The notes: a model not told the origin generated them from the letters alone. Positions 48,668 to 57,905 are shown, counted from the first letter of the stretch. The stretch: DNA of 64,000 nucleotides from an uncultured virus (IMG/VR IMGVR_UViG_3300029945_000007) (IMGVR_UViG_3300029945_000007); one strand, 5' to 3'. Program-made: numbers and translations.

Positions 48668-49279
48668 CTAAATAAACAATCTGCGGACGGCCAGCGCGCG
48701 CACCTCGCAGTCCTTGTTGATGCTGTAAGTGCTGCCATCATCGAAGTACTGTACGTATGCGTAGCTAGGGCCGTACTGCGTACTGGTGTGGTGCCAGCCC
48801 TTCGGGAGTCGAGCGGCCAGGTTGATTTCGACCAGCGCCAGCTCCCGCCGTGCCGGGAGGTAGAAGTCGCTATACCCGTCGATATTGAGGCCGTAGGCCC
48901 ATTCTGCTGCCGGATGATCGTATTCCGACTCAACCAGCGCTTTCGTGTTGGCCATACCGTCCCAGTGACTTTTTGCTCCGGGTTCGTCTTTGCCGTAACC
49001 GCCCCACACAATTTCTGCGATCTGGCCATCGGGATGCTCTGCCGCGATCACGTAATACGGCCTGGAGCCGTCGCCGGGAACGATCAGCCCGGCATTTCTG
49101 CCACCTTGGCCCGGCCAAAGTTCTCCAGGAAACGGAGTGCGGCTCAGTGGCATCGCAAACTCGGCCGCTTGACCGATGTGTGCCTCGATTATCTCCGCGG
49201 AACGAGCCGGGAAGTTGATGACCAAGTCGCCTTTGATAAGCAATTGCTTGATGGACAGCTCAATTTTCGATCCCATCAT
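48668..49279 (-). CDS. DGR target 1, DUF1566/C-type-lectin-fold protein
   Basis: DGMANT, DFYLPARREL; C-terminal VR. Confidence 0.9.
   Translation of the reverse strand: MMGSKIELSIKQLLIKGDLVINFPARSAEIIEAHIGQAAEFAMPLSRTPFPGELWPGQGGRNAGLIVPGDGSRPYYVIAAEHPDGQIAEIVWGGYGKDEPGAKSHWDGMANTKALVESEYDHPAAEWAYGLNIDGYSDFYLPARRELALVEINLAARLPKGWHHTSTQYGPSYAYVQYFDDGSTYSINKDCEVRALAVRRLFI
48678..48781 (-). repeat. Variable repeat VR1
   Basis: 10 mismatches to TR in 104 nt, all at TR adenines. Confidence 0.95.
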
Positions 49280-49297
49280 TTACCCTTAAAAAAGCGA

Positions 49298-49317
49298 AAC
49301 CCGGCTGGCGCCGGGTT
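49298..49317. promoter_or_regulatory. GC hairpin downstream of VR2
   Basis: AACCCGGC-tggc-GCCGGGTT. Confidence 0.7.
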
Positions 49318-49332
49318 AAATTGAAAAATGGC

Positions 49333-49944
49333 TTAATGGACGATGTGAATCGTGCGGACGGCCAGCGCGCGCACCTCGCCGTCCTTGATGATGCCGCAAG
49401 TGCTGCCATCACCGACGCTCTGACCGTATGCGTCGTTAGGGCTGTACTGCGTACTGGACATGTAGCAGCCGGGCTCAATGGCATGTTCGCCACCCTCTTG
49501 GAACGCGGCGATAGTGGTCTGCGCGGGGCTGTCCGGCGTGTAGGGGTATTCGCCCGTCGTCGGGTTGTCGCCGTCGCGGTAGGTGCAATAGTTCTCGTCG
49601 GCGGTCGGCTTGAAGTCGCGGTAGATCATTTCGAGCTGATCGCGTGACGGGACGTGCCAGTCGTCGAACCCGCCGAGGCGCAGTGCGCGGGCTTCCTTGG
49701 CTGCGTCGCTGCCGGCTTCGGCCATTGCATCGGTGTTCGTAGCGCCGTTAATGCAGCTGCGTGCCCCGACGACGTCCTGTCCATACTCGCCCCACGTGCC
49801 GCGCAGTCGGCCATCCTTACCGGCAACGATGACGGCGTACTCTTCGCCATCCACTTTGTAGCGGCGGCCAAGAAAGCCGCCCTGGAATGCTTCACCGATG
49901 GATTTCGGCAGCTCGCTAACTGCTACGTCTTGAATCTTGATCAT
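49333..49944 (-). CDS. DGR target 2, DUF1566/C-type-lectin-fold protein
   Basis: NGATNT, DWHVPSRDQL; C-terminal VR. Confidence 0.9.
   Translation of the reverse strand: MIKIQDVAVSELPKSIGEAFQGGFLGRRYKVDGEEYAVIVAGKDGRLRGTWGEYGQDVVGARSCINGATNTDAMAEAGSDAAKEARALRLGGFDDWHVPSRDQLEMIYRDFKPTADENYCTYRDGDNPTTGEYPYTPDSPAQTTIAAFQEGGEHAIEPGCYMSSTQYSPNDAYGQSVGDGSTCGIIKDGEVRALAVRTIHIVH
49353..49452 (-). repeat. Variable repeat VR2
   Basis: 14 mismatches to TR in 100 nt, 13 at TR adenines. Confidence 0.93.
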
Positions 49945-49980
49945 GATTGATACCTATGGGCGTAAAAAAGCCCGCTCAAG

Positions 49981-50032
49981 TGAACTGCACCCCAAAGGTT
50001 GGATCGGTGTCCAAATTTTGGGGTGCAGTTCA
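49981..50032. mobile_element. 52-bp mini-IS (MITE-like) matching the IS3 end at 40670-40721
   Basis: 51/52 identity; TGAACTGCACCCCAAA...TTTGGGGTGCAGTTCA. Confidence 0.85.
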
Positions 50033-50131
50033 ATCAGCGGGCGCTTTTGAATCTGTACCCCGGCGCACATTGTCCGGACGGACGCAGCGCGCGGCATGAA
50101 ACCGCTGATGGAGCGGGCGGGGCGGTGTTGG

Positions 50132-50359
50132 TTAGGCTGCGGACGGGGTCCAGGCGATTGCCCTGGCCTTCCAGTCATCGCGATCATTGGCGAGGCGTGT
50201 ATTGCGCTCATCAAGCTCTTGCCGCTGGGCTTTTTCTTGATCAAGCTCAGCCGCCAGTTTTCCGATCTGCGCTGTGCGCTGGTGCAACTGCTCGTTCAGG
50301 GTTGCGTTCTCTGCCAACAAGCGTGCAATCAGATCCGGTTCGTGCGGGTTGTTGCTCAT
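50132..50359 (-). CDS. Small coiled-coil protein
   Basis: GGAG RBS; heptad pattern. Confidence 0.55.
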   Translation of the reverse strand: MSNNPHEPDLIARLLAENATLNEQLHQRTAQIGKLAAELDQEKAQRQELDERNTRLANDRDDWKARAIAWTPSAA

Positions 50360-50410
50360 GTCGTCTCCACTTCTGTATGGCACTAAATACCCACTTTCTG
50401 CGCTGCAAGC

Positions 50411-51313
50411 TCAACCAGTTGCCTCCAGACCACCCAGGGCCTCGATCAGGGCTTCAACCAGCTCTCCAAGCTCCTCGCTCATCAGGGTGAAGGTGGCCTC
50501 GAACAGGCTGGCGCTGTCGTCACCAGCTTGACTTGCCTCGTCCTGCAAGACGTCGAGAAACTGGATGCGCTTGAGCTGCAGCGTGTCAGTCAGCACAAAG
50601 CGCACGCGCTCTTTCCAGATCAGACCTAGGCGTGTCACCTGCTTGCCGGTGGCGATATGTTGGCGGATCTCGTCGGCGGTCAGGTCGGCGCGCTTGGCGT
50701 TGATCACCATGCCGTTTTCGCCGGGGTCGCGCAGCTCAACATCTGAATCAAGTTCGAAGCCTTCCGGCGCTTCGCCCGCGGCCAGCCAGTCGGTCATCGC
50801 GGTGTGCGGCGCCAGTTTTGTGCGCGGCAGGGCCGCCGGGAAGGGCGGAAGCGCCTCGCGCAACTTGCTGACCAGTGCTTCGGCCTTGCTTGACGTCGCC
50901 GTGTCGACCATCAGCCAACCGCGGCGGTTGTCGATGTAGCCAACTTTGCGACTGTCCCGGGTGAATGCCTTGGGCAGCAAAGCGTCGGCGATCTGTTCTT
51001 TAAGGGCCTGTCTTGCCTTGCGCCCGAGCTTGCACCCTTCGCGCCGCTCGATCTCAGCGGCCACCTCATCGCGCTTCTTGTTGATCACTGCGGGCGGCAA
51101 CACTTTGTCCTCGCGCTTGAGCGATACCAATAGGCAATCGCGCGCGGCGAACACCGGGCCGTCGACGTGACTGGCCGGCGTCTGCCAGCCTTCACTGAAC
51201 CAGCCGAGGCCCATGCATGGTGTGAACGGCTGCTTTTCAAGCCGCTCGGCCAGTTCGTTGCGCCCGATCGTGTCGGGCAGCTTGTAAAACGATAGTTGCT
51301 TAAACCACATCAC
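50411..51313 (-). CDS. rdgC: Recombination-associated protein RdgC
   Basis: MWFKQLSFY...EDKVLP...LLPKAF. Confidence 0.92.
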   Translation of the reverse strand: MMWFKQLSFYKLPDTIGRNELAERLEKQPFTPCMGLGWFSEGWQTPASHVDGPVFAARDCLLVSLKREDKVLPPAVINKKRDEVAAEIERREGCKLGRKARQALKEQIADALLPKAFTRDSRKVGYIDNRRGWLMVDTATSSKAEALVSKLREALPPFPAALPRTKLAPHTAMTDWLAAGEAPEGFELDSDVELRDPGENGMVINAKRADLTADEIRQHIATGKQVTRLGLIWKERVRFVLTDTLQLKRIQFLDVLQDEASQAGDDSASLFEATFTLMSEELGELVEALIEALGGLEATG

Positions 51314-51519
51314 GCGGCCTCGCGATGGTAAGGATTAACGGTTTCGCCCAGGTAGATGGCGCCGAGAAGCTTGCGCACCGGCTTCGGCATGGCGCGGCCA
51401 CTTTCATAGCGCGAGCCACCTGATTGCGTGACACCGAGCTGATCCCAAAAGTCGGATTGGGACAGCCCGAGTTGGCGGCGCAGAGTGCGTGGGTCGATGG
51501 TTTGGGTTTTGGTTTTCAT
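51310..51519 (-). CDS. Small HTH regulator
   Basis: LGLSQSDFWDQLGVTQSGGSRYESGR. Confidence 0.85.
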   Translation of the reverse strand: MKTKTQTIDPRTLRRQLGLSQSDFWDQLGVTQSGGSRYESGRAMPKPVRKLLGAIYLGETVNPYHREAA

Positions 51520-51533
51520 GGTCTGATCCTTGG

Positions 51534-52634
51534 TTACGCGGCCTGGGCAGCGAGTGCCTTGGCGCGCTTGTAGACGTTTTGCATGTGGATTTCGCTGCCA
51601 TCCTCGTAGGCGTTCACAAACTCGGCCAGGATTATCTCGGCGGTGTCCTGCAACGGCTGGCGAGGCGCCTGCGCCACCGAGGTGAGTCGTGGTGGTGCGC
51701 TTGATTGGCTTGGGCTCGGCGCGGGCGCCAATTCGATGATGGTCGGTTCGGGCTTCGGCAAGGCCGCAATCCTCGCAGCTTCTTGCTGCGCCGCCAGTGC
51801 ATCCTGCTGGTGCTTTAGTTCTGCCCGCTGAGCGGTAAGGGCGTCAGCCTGGGCCTGTGCTGCGCGCTCTTGCTCGGCACGCTCAGCATCCAGCTTCTTG
51901 CGCTCAGCGGCGAGCGCGGCGGCATCCTCCTGTTGTTGCTTGCGCTGGCGCTCAAATTCCTCGCGCTCCGCTTTGGCCCGTGCCTGCTCGGCTTCGGTCT
52001 CCTTGGCGCCGTCCAGCGCCAGATCCAATTTTTCGAGCGCAGATTGCTTGGCAGAAATGGCCGCGGTGGAAAACTCCTGAAAGCTGGCGTCGATCTCGAC
52101 TGCCGTGACGGTGTCGATCGCGCCTTGAATGTGCTCGGACGACTTGCCAGCGCAGTCCAGCGCCACGAGACCAAAGGCGTCGATCCGGAAGCGGATGGCG
52201 TCGACTCGCTCAGCCTCAACGCGCGCTTTTTCGGCTTTGATGGCCTCTTTGCGCGCATCTTCGTCTTTGATTAGGGTGTCAAACTGGGTTTCGTACGGGG
52301 TGACTTCAGCTTCCAGCGCCTTGTAATGCGATTCCAGCATCTTGCCGATTTCAAGGATTGGAGCCTTGCGCAGTTTGCGAGTGGCATCCCCACTGGTACG
52401 AATGCCACGGAATGTCGCTCGACAGGTCGTGGCCCGCTTGTAACCCGCCGTCGTCTGCATGTCGATCGTAACCGGGATGGCTGCGATAGCTGCGGCCAGA
52501 TCGGTGTGGTGCTGGGCGTAGACGGCGGTGACGTAGGTCAGCGGGTCGATGGTGAGCAATTCGCGCTTGGCGATCTCGGACGGCTCGACGATGGCGAGGT
52601 CGGTTTGTTCGGGTTGTTCCATGGTGATCTCCAT
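51534..52634 (-). CDS. Coiled-coil phage protein of the recombination module
   Basis: Long Ala/Glu/Gln-rich coiled coil. Confidence 0.7.
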   Translation of the reverse strand: MEITMEQPEQTDLAIVEPSEIAKRELLTIDPLTYVTAVYAQHHTDLAAAIAAIPVTIDMQTTAGYKRATTCRATFRGIRTSGDATRKLRKAPILEIGKMLESHYKALEAEVTPYETQFDTLIKDEDARKEAIKAEKARVEAERVDAIRFRIDAFGLVALDCAGKSSEHIQGAIDTVTAVEIDASFQEFSTAAISAKQSALEKLDLALDGAKETEAEQARAKAEREEFERQRKQQQEDAAALAAERKKLDAERAEQERAAQAQADALTAQRAELKHQQDALAAQQEAARIAALPKPEPTIIELAPAPSPSQSSAPPRLTSVAQAPRQPLQDTAEIILAEFVNAYEDGSEIHMQNVYKRAKALAAQAA

Positions 52635-52660
52635 GAAAAACCCTGCCGGAGCAGGGTTGG

Positions 52661-53338
52661 TTATTTGGTGAGCGCGGCGCGGAGCCGTGGGTCAATGTCG
52701 GGTTGGTTGAGCAGCCAGCGCCTGTAATCGGACGGCACTTGCGCAAGCGGCACCCCTTGATGCTTACCGAATGGCATCACAGTCGGAATCAGCGCGCGTT
52801 CGGACAGTTCGTGCAGCTCCTGCCAGCTCGTCGCCTTGAGGTCGTTCATCAGCGCCAGCAGGATTTCGCGGCAGATCCAGATATCAGCCAGGGCGCTGTG
52901 CGCATTGCGCAGCTGTTCGCGCGCCGCCTTTCCCTTGAGGTGATACAGCAGGGCGCTTTGCGTGTGACTGTCGAGTGCCGGCCATACCATGCGCGCCAGA
53001 GCGAGTGTGTCGATCAACTTGACTGGCGGTTTGCCAATGACGATCCAGTCGAAACCATCGACGTTGTGGCCGATCAGATAGTCGGTCGCCGGCAGCGCGA
53101 AATTCGTGTGCGCCGGGCAATCAACTAGGTCATCAGGGTGGATGTGATGTGTGGCCAGCGCGCCCAGGTTGATCGGCTTGGTTGGCTTATAGCGCTGCTC
53201 GAACTGATCGATAACGCCACAGACCGGCGGCGCGTCCAATTCCAACCACGCGGACTCGATCACATCTGGTAGGGCACCGGTTTTCTTGTCGATGTGGCCG
53301 GTGGTTTCAACGTCAAAGATACGTGCGATTTGTGCCAT
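52661..53338 (-). CDS. DEDDh 3'-5' exonuclease (ExoX-like)
   Basis: FDVETTG, GHN, AHSALAD, MPFGKHQG. Confidence 0.9.
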   Translation of the reverse strand: MAQIARIFDVETTGHIDKKTGALPDVIESAWLELDAPPVCGVIDQFEQRYKPTKPINLGALATHHIHPDDLVDCPAHTNFALPATDYLIGHNVDGFDWIVIGKPPVKLIDTLALARMVWPALDSHTQSALLYHLKGKAAREQLRNAHSALADIWICREILLALMNDLKATSWQELHELSERALIPTVMPFGKHQGVPLAQVPSDYRRWLLNQPDIDPRLRAALTK

Positions 53339-53350
53339 GATGAGTCCCGG

Positions 53351-53848
53351 TTAAATGCAGTGAATGATTGTGCGGTTTTCAAGCCCAATTCGTGCGAACG
53401 GAATGTCATCGTCAATGTCATTCATCACCTGCGGCGCGGGCGCCTTGCGCCGGGGCGAAGACGGCGGTGCGCTACTGGCTGGCGCACGGTCGTCCTGGCT
53501 ATCGCTCCCACCCTTGCCGCCGAGCATTTGCATGCGGTCGCCGCGGATTTCGGTGCTGAAACGGTCTTGGCCGGTTTCTTTATCCTGCCATTTGCGCGTC
53601 TTGATCGAACCCTCGATGTAGACTTGCGAACCCTTTTTCAGGTACTGCGAGGCCACTTCGGCGGTTTTACCGAAGAGCACCACGCGGTGCCATTCGGTGC
53701 TTTCCTGACGTTGGCCCGAGGCCTTGTCCATCCAGGAATCGGTGGTAGCGATCGACAGGGTGGCAATGGCCTCTCCGCTAGGCATGTAGCGCATTTCAGG
53801 GTCTTTGCCGAGATTGCCAACCAGAATCACTTTATTGACGGATGCCAT
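53351..53848 (-). CDS. ssb: Single-stranded DNA-binding protein
   Basis: [15 protein letters not shown]...TEWHRV...DDDIPF. Confidence 0.95.
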   Translation of the reverse strand: MASVNKVILVGNLGKDPEMRYMPSGEAIATLSIATTDSWMDKASGQRQESTEWHRVVLFGKTAEVASQYLKKGSQVYIEGSIKTRKWQDKETGQDRFSTEIRGDRMQMLGGKGGSDSQDDRAPASSAPPSSPRRKAPAPQVMNDIDDDIPFARIGLENRTIIHCI

Positions 53849-54478
53849 CTAAGCTACCTTCTTCCTTTTGATGCTGATTTGTTCGGATGCCCATGCATAC
53901 CAGTCAGGGGCATCTGCCATGCCGTCGAGGGTCGGGAGGTTCCAGCCGACGCTAGTGGCCAACGTAAGGAATTTGGCTTTGTCTGCACCCACCGCGTCCA
54001 GATCTGCCTCAAGAGCGACTTGCGCCGACGATTTGCGCGTTCGTACTTCGTGTGATTCGCTGTCCGCATCCACTGCCGTTTCCTCAGTCGGAATGCAGAA
54101 GGTCTGGAATGCTGCATATTTGTAGGCAGCACTCATCGCCTTGCTGGTGGCCTTGTCGCCGCTGTCCATCGCCTCGCCGTACATGGCGACGGTGTGCTTA
54201 CTGCCGTCCTCCGCGCTGACCAGGTCAAATTCGGCGTGCACGGTCACATAGAATAGCGCCGTTCCTTTCGCGTTCGTGCGCTCGACCACTGTTCTTTCGA
54301 TGCAACGAGGGAGGATGCATAGCAAGTGCTTTGCGAGAATCGGTGCCAGCGCGTTGTACACTGAGTCTATGCCCCGGAAACTAAATCCCTGCGCCGCATT
54401 CCGCCCGTCTTTACTGATGCCTTGTTGTGCCATTTCTGCCGCCACCGCGGCAATGGCCTGGTAGACCTTCATGATCAT
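53849..54478 (-). CDS. erf: ERF-family single-strand annealing protein
   Basis: FSFRGIDSV...GEAMDSGDKATSKAMSAAYKYA. Confidence 0.85.
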   Translation of the reverse strand: MIMKVYQAIAAVAAEMAQQGISKDGRNAAQGFSFRGIDSVYNALAPILAKHLLCILPRCIERTVVERTNAKGTALFYVTVHAEFDLVSAEDGSKHTVAMYGEAMDSGDKATSKAMSAAYKYAAFQTFCIPTEETAVDADSESHEVRTRKSSAQVALEADLDAVGADKAKFLTLATSVGWNLPTLDGMADAPDWYAWASEQISIKRKKVA

Positions 54479-54679
54479 GCCCTCATTATGCGAAATCGGC
54501 GCCAGACAGAGCCCGGGCCATCTCGCGTTCAAATCGGTCGTTGCGGCGCAGTGTGAGACTGCGATCCGCGTCCGTGATAGTGCGGTTCATGTTCCCGCCA
54601 AGCTTAATCGCGCGGAAATGCGCCACCTCGTCAGCGCGTCGCCGGCTCGCTACTGGTGAAACATCAATAAAGGCGCGCA

Positions 54680-55072
54680 TTAATCGAACCTGCTGCTGTA
54701 GACGCCGGATCCAACCGCGCGCTGAGCAACTTTGTTTTCCGCTAGGCGCCGACTGTCTTCGCCCATGGCGACGCCCACCGCGCAACCCTTCTTCACTCGA
54801 TCAAGCCCGGCGTCCCCGTAGTCGGCAATAGTGGAGTTGTACTTGCTGTCGCCAAAATCAACGACGAGCGTATGTACCCCGCTGTCTGCCACCTCTACGG
54901 AAACCCGGCACCACCGCGGCAACATCGCTTTCACCTGGCGCTTGAATTGCGCCGCCATCATGCTCGACACATTAGTCGGAGTCTCGCCCGGCAACGAATA
55001 AGGCCCGTCGCAATCTGACGGGCCATCGTTTAACGAGTGCTGCTCGGCGCTGTACTCAGCCATTTTTCCCAT
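54680..55072 (-). CDS. Hypothetical phage protein
   Basis: GGAG RBS; operon context. Confidence 0.55.
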   Translation of the reverse strand: MGKMAEYSAEQHSLNDGPSDCDGPYSLPGETPTNVSSMMAAQFKRQVKAMLPRWCRVSVEVADSGVHTLVVDFGDSKYNSTIADYGDAGLDRVKKGCAVGVAMGEDSRRLAENKVAQRAVGSGVYSSRFD

Positions 55073-55225
55073 AATCAACTCCAGTGCATCACGCATGCGG
55101 TAAACAGCACGGCCAAAACCACCACGCCGACCGCCGCAAAGTTCCAAAACTTCCGCTGTGCCGAGTCCATTAAAAAAGCCTTCCGCACACAGCCGAAACG
55201 GTATAAATCACGGCCAGCGCGAACA

Positions 55226-55399
55226 CTAGGCCGCCAATTCCAAGGATTTCCCCGCGACGTAGCATTGCATCACCCCCATGTGTACTGGCGTCCCGCGACG
55301 GGACCAGAACAGGAACTTGATCTGAACGCAGCCGCGGCGGATCAGATCCGCTTTCATTTCTTCGGTCATGTGACCGATGATGTATTCGATGTTTTTCAT
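55226..55399 (-). CDS. Small hypothetical phage protein
   Basis: GGAGG RBS; coupled to the upstream ORF 55396-55545. Confidence 0.55.
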   Translation of the reverse strand: MKNIEYIIGHMTEEMKADLIRRGCVQIKFLFWSRRGTPVHMGVMQCYVAGKSLELAA

Positions 55400-55562
55400 G
55401 CAGATCCCTCCGCAAATGCAGCCCCATACTTGGCGGCGATTTTTTTCGCCTCGGTCACGCTGCTGCACCGCTGCGAATATTCGAAGTCGCCGTTCTGGCG
55501 GACGATTACTACGGTTTTGGTCTTGCGGTCGTATTTGGCTTTCATGGTGGACACCAAAAGCA

Positions 55563-55581
55563 AACCCGGCGATGCCGGGTT
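55563..55581. promoter_or_regulatory. GC hairpin downstream of VR3, stem identical to the VR2 hairpin
   Basis: AACCCGGC-gat-GCCGGGTT. Confidence 0.7.
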
Positions 55582-55584
55582 AAA

Positions 55585-56058
55585 TTACTGAATAGATGAA
55601 TAGGCGACTCTGCGGACGGCTCGAGCACGACTGCTGGTGACCTTGAAGACGCCGTGCTGGGTGCCGCCGCGGAAGTACTGCGCCCAGGCGACGCCGCTCG
55701 AGCACTGCGCGCAAGACCAGTGCCAGTCGCCGGAGAACAGGCGCTTGAGCTGGGCGAACAGGAATGACTGCTCCTGACGCGTCGGCAGCTCCCCACCGAT
55801 CGATGCTGCCCAGTCCAGTGCCTGCTGCCATCCGCCTTTAAACTCGCCGGGTAGGAGAATCAAGTGGTGCGACGGCTCGCCAGTCTCGGCATCAAACACC
55901 AGGCCCGCATAATCCTCGCCCTCGTGCAGCAGCACGCCGATTACCGTCCGAACCTCGGTGACCGCCGGCTCGGCGAACAAGCTGGCGATTAGTTTTTCAA
56001 TCCGGTGTAGCGGGGCGGACAACTTCACGTCGCCACATTCCAGGGTTGCTATTTGCAT
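55585..56058 (-). CDS. Third DUF1566/C-type-lectin-fold protein with a VR-like C-terminus (55609-55710)
   Basis: WQQALDWA...ELPTRQEQ...WHWS...RARAVRR; AGGAG RBS. Confidence 0.85.
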   Translation of the reverse strand: MQIATLECGDVKLSAPLHRIEKLIASLFAEPAVTEVRTVIGVLLHEGEDYAGLVFDAETGEPSHHLILLPGEFKGGWQQALDWAASIGGELPTRQEQSFLFAQLKRLFSGDWHWSCAQCSSGVAWAQYFRGGTQHGVFKVTSSRARAVRRVAYSSIQ

Positions 56059-56637
56059 TGTCACGCTCCTAAAAAATAAGCCCGCACGAGGCGGGCAAAG
56101 AAAACACAAGGAGAACACGTTTGTTGGTGCTGGTTTCTTTCCCCCCAGCAAAGTCAGACCAGTAGCTTGTCATTGGCGCCCTGCGCATGCCCTGTTGCCG
56201 TTCATGGACGCTTGGCCTTTGTGTTGTGGCCCGCATGTCGTCGCGACTCATGCCGTGTTGTCAGTCTTAGTTGGTGCGTTTACCAACACGGCTGGCGGAT
56301 GGTGCCGCATCAGTGGTTGCCTGGCACAGACTTCCGATGCTCAGTCGCCATGCGTGTTGGCGCCGGTCTTTCCCGGCCGTCAGGCGCTGTGCGGTCGCCA
56401 CCTCACACTCTATGATTTGGCTCAGTCGCAAAGCCCGCACTCCGGAACTGCCGAAGCGAATCAGCGCATTCGTGGACATTTAATGGGTCCGTCTTGAATG
56501 CGGAAGTCATCCAGACCCGGTAAACGCACTCGTCGGAATGTGCTTACCGGGTGGCCGCTTACGGCGACCGGTCGCGCCACAAATCAGCTGTTGTGCTCAG
56601 GGCGCCGCTCCCCGGTAAAATCACCAAAACCACCTCG

Positions 56638-56763
56638 TCGAAGCGCCTTTGGAAAACGGACTCGCTCCCCAGCGAAGCCGCAGTTGAAAATGTCACAGCA
56701 AGGCGCGGTTACATGATCGTCTCCCGGTTAAACTCGCGGCCCTCGTAGTGGCGTCCGCGCTGC
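56638..56763. repeat. Second copy of window positions 1-126
   Basis: Identical by direct comparison. Confidence 0.95.
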
Positions 56764-57081
56764 ATCACATTGGAACGGGCTTGGCATACGGGTGCGCTCC
56801 ACCCACCAAACCGATACTGAGCGCTCCAATGTGCCCACTCTTGCGAATGGGCTATGTCTTCAGTCAACTCGCCGCTGTCGGTCGGCGTTTTCCAGTTTCA
56901 TTCTTAGCCTGCGTCGCTTCGTCTACTGGTCACGAGTGATTGCTTTCACTCGACTTGCTCCCGCTTTACCGGCGCGGGGCTAATTCTGGGGCCGGGCCTA
57001 GGACGCCTTGCGGCGATATCGGCTTGCTATCCCTGTAGGTTTTCAAAGATCGGTGCTCGGCGTTGCTGAGCTGATGTGGTA

Positions 57082-57110
57082 AATGTAAACCTTGGTTCGC
57101 ATGGTGTCAA
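57082..57110 (-). promoter_or_regulatory. pL promoter of prophage B with AACYNNRGTT operator-like sites
   Basis: TTGACA-17 nt-TACATT; AACCTTGGTT and AACTTAAGTT overlap it. Confidence 0.75.
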
Positions 57111-57212
57111 CTTAAGTTTGCATTGAATGGAAACCTGGGTGTTCAAATCACAGTAGTGGAAATTAGGGCAGGGGACTGACGGGCCGAGGAAGTGGCCCGT
57201 TATTGAGTGTTT

Positions 57213-57371
57213 CTATTTAGATAAGCCGAGGCGAGCAATAATGAGAGAGAGGATGGCGCCAACGTCGCCCTGTTGCACAATGTTGAATTTTCTATCGTGG
57301 CTTAATGTGATGTGTAGTTCTGCCAAAAAAGCGGGAGGGTGCGGCTGCGTTGATTGTGTGCTCGTGTTCAT
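57213..57371 (-). CDS. Conserved small protein (52 aa), not in the ORF track
   Basis: MNTSTQSTQPHPPAFLAELHITLSHDRKFNIVQQGDVGAILSLIIARLGLSK; homologous to 949-1110. Confidence 0.75.
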   Translation of the reverse strand: MNTSTQSTQPHPPAFLAELHITLSHDRKFNIVQQGDVGAILSLIIARLGLSK

Positions 57372-57471
57372 TGTTATTGTCTCTCACAGATTGGCCGTCT
57401 GATTGTGCGGCGTGAGAGATAAGGCTACCCCCTGAGAATAGGCGGCGGAATAAGTAGTTGTACTTAGTGTA

Positions 57472-57786
57472 TCAAGTGCTTTTAGAGAATTCGACCGCAA
57501 CCTTAGCGAGCAACTCAAGTTTGTCGTTAGATAGGGTAGGGAGGGCGGCGCGGATTAGATCTAGAGATTCGGCGCGTACGCTATCTGCATCACCATTAAT
57601 AAGGTGATCGCTTGACACGCCGAACATTTTTGCAAGTGCTACAACATTTTGCGGTTTTGGCATTGATGTACCACTAAGCCATCCAAAAACGGCCTGAACG
57701 GATACCCCACAGGCTCTTGCAATTTCTTTCGCTATAATGCGATCGCGCTGTTTTAAATGGCGCAGCCGTGCCTGAAAAGTATCCAT
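57472..57786 (-). CDS. XRE-family HTH regulator (HTH-C)
   Basis: KEIARACGVSVQAVFGWLSG. Confidence 0.85.
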   Translation of the reverse strand: MDTFQARLRHLKQRDRIIAKEIARACGVSVQAVFGWLSGTSMPKPQNVVALAKMFGVSSDHLINGDADSVRAESLDLIRAALPTLSNDKLELLAKVAVEFSKST

Positions 57787-57882
57787 TAGGGGATGGTAGA
57801 TACCACCTAGGCGAACAGCAAGAAACTCTAGTGTTTGGTATCAAGTTTACTTGATACGCAAGCCATGCGTAATGACTTACAA

Positions 57883-57898
57883 CTGTAAGATAGGACAG
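57883..57898. promoter_or_regulatory. LexA (SOS) box-like site
   Basis: CTGT-aagatagg-ACAG. Confidence 0.6.
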
Positions 57899-57905
57899 TT
57901 GACTA

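Noticed and set aside
47996..49452. CRISPR-like array from the recurring GCGGACGGCCAGCGCGCGCACCTCG
   Set aside because: Only three copies ~680 bp apart, explained as TR/VR ends; no cas genes seen.
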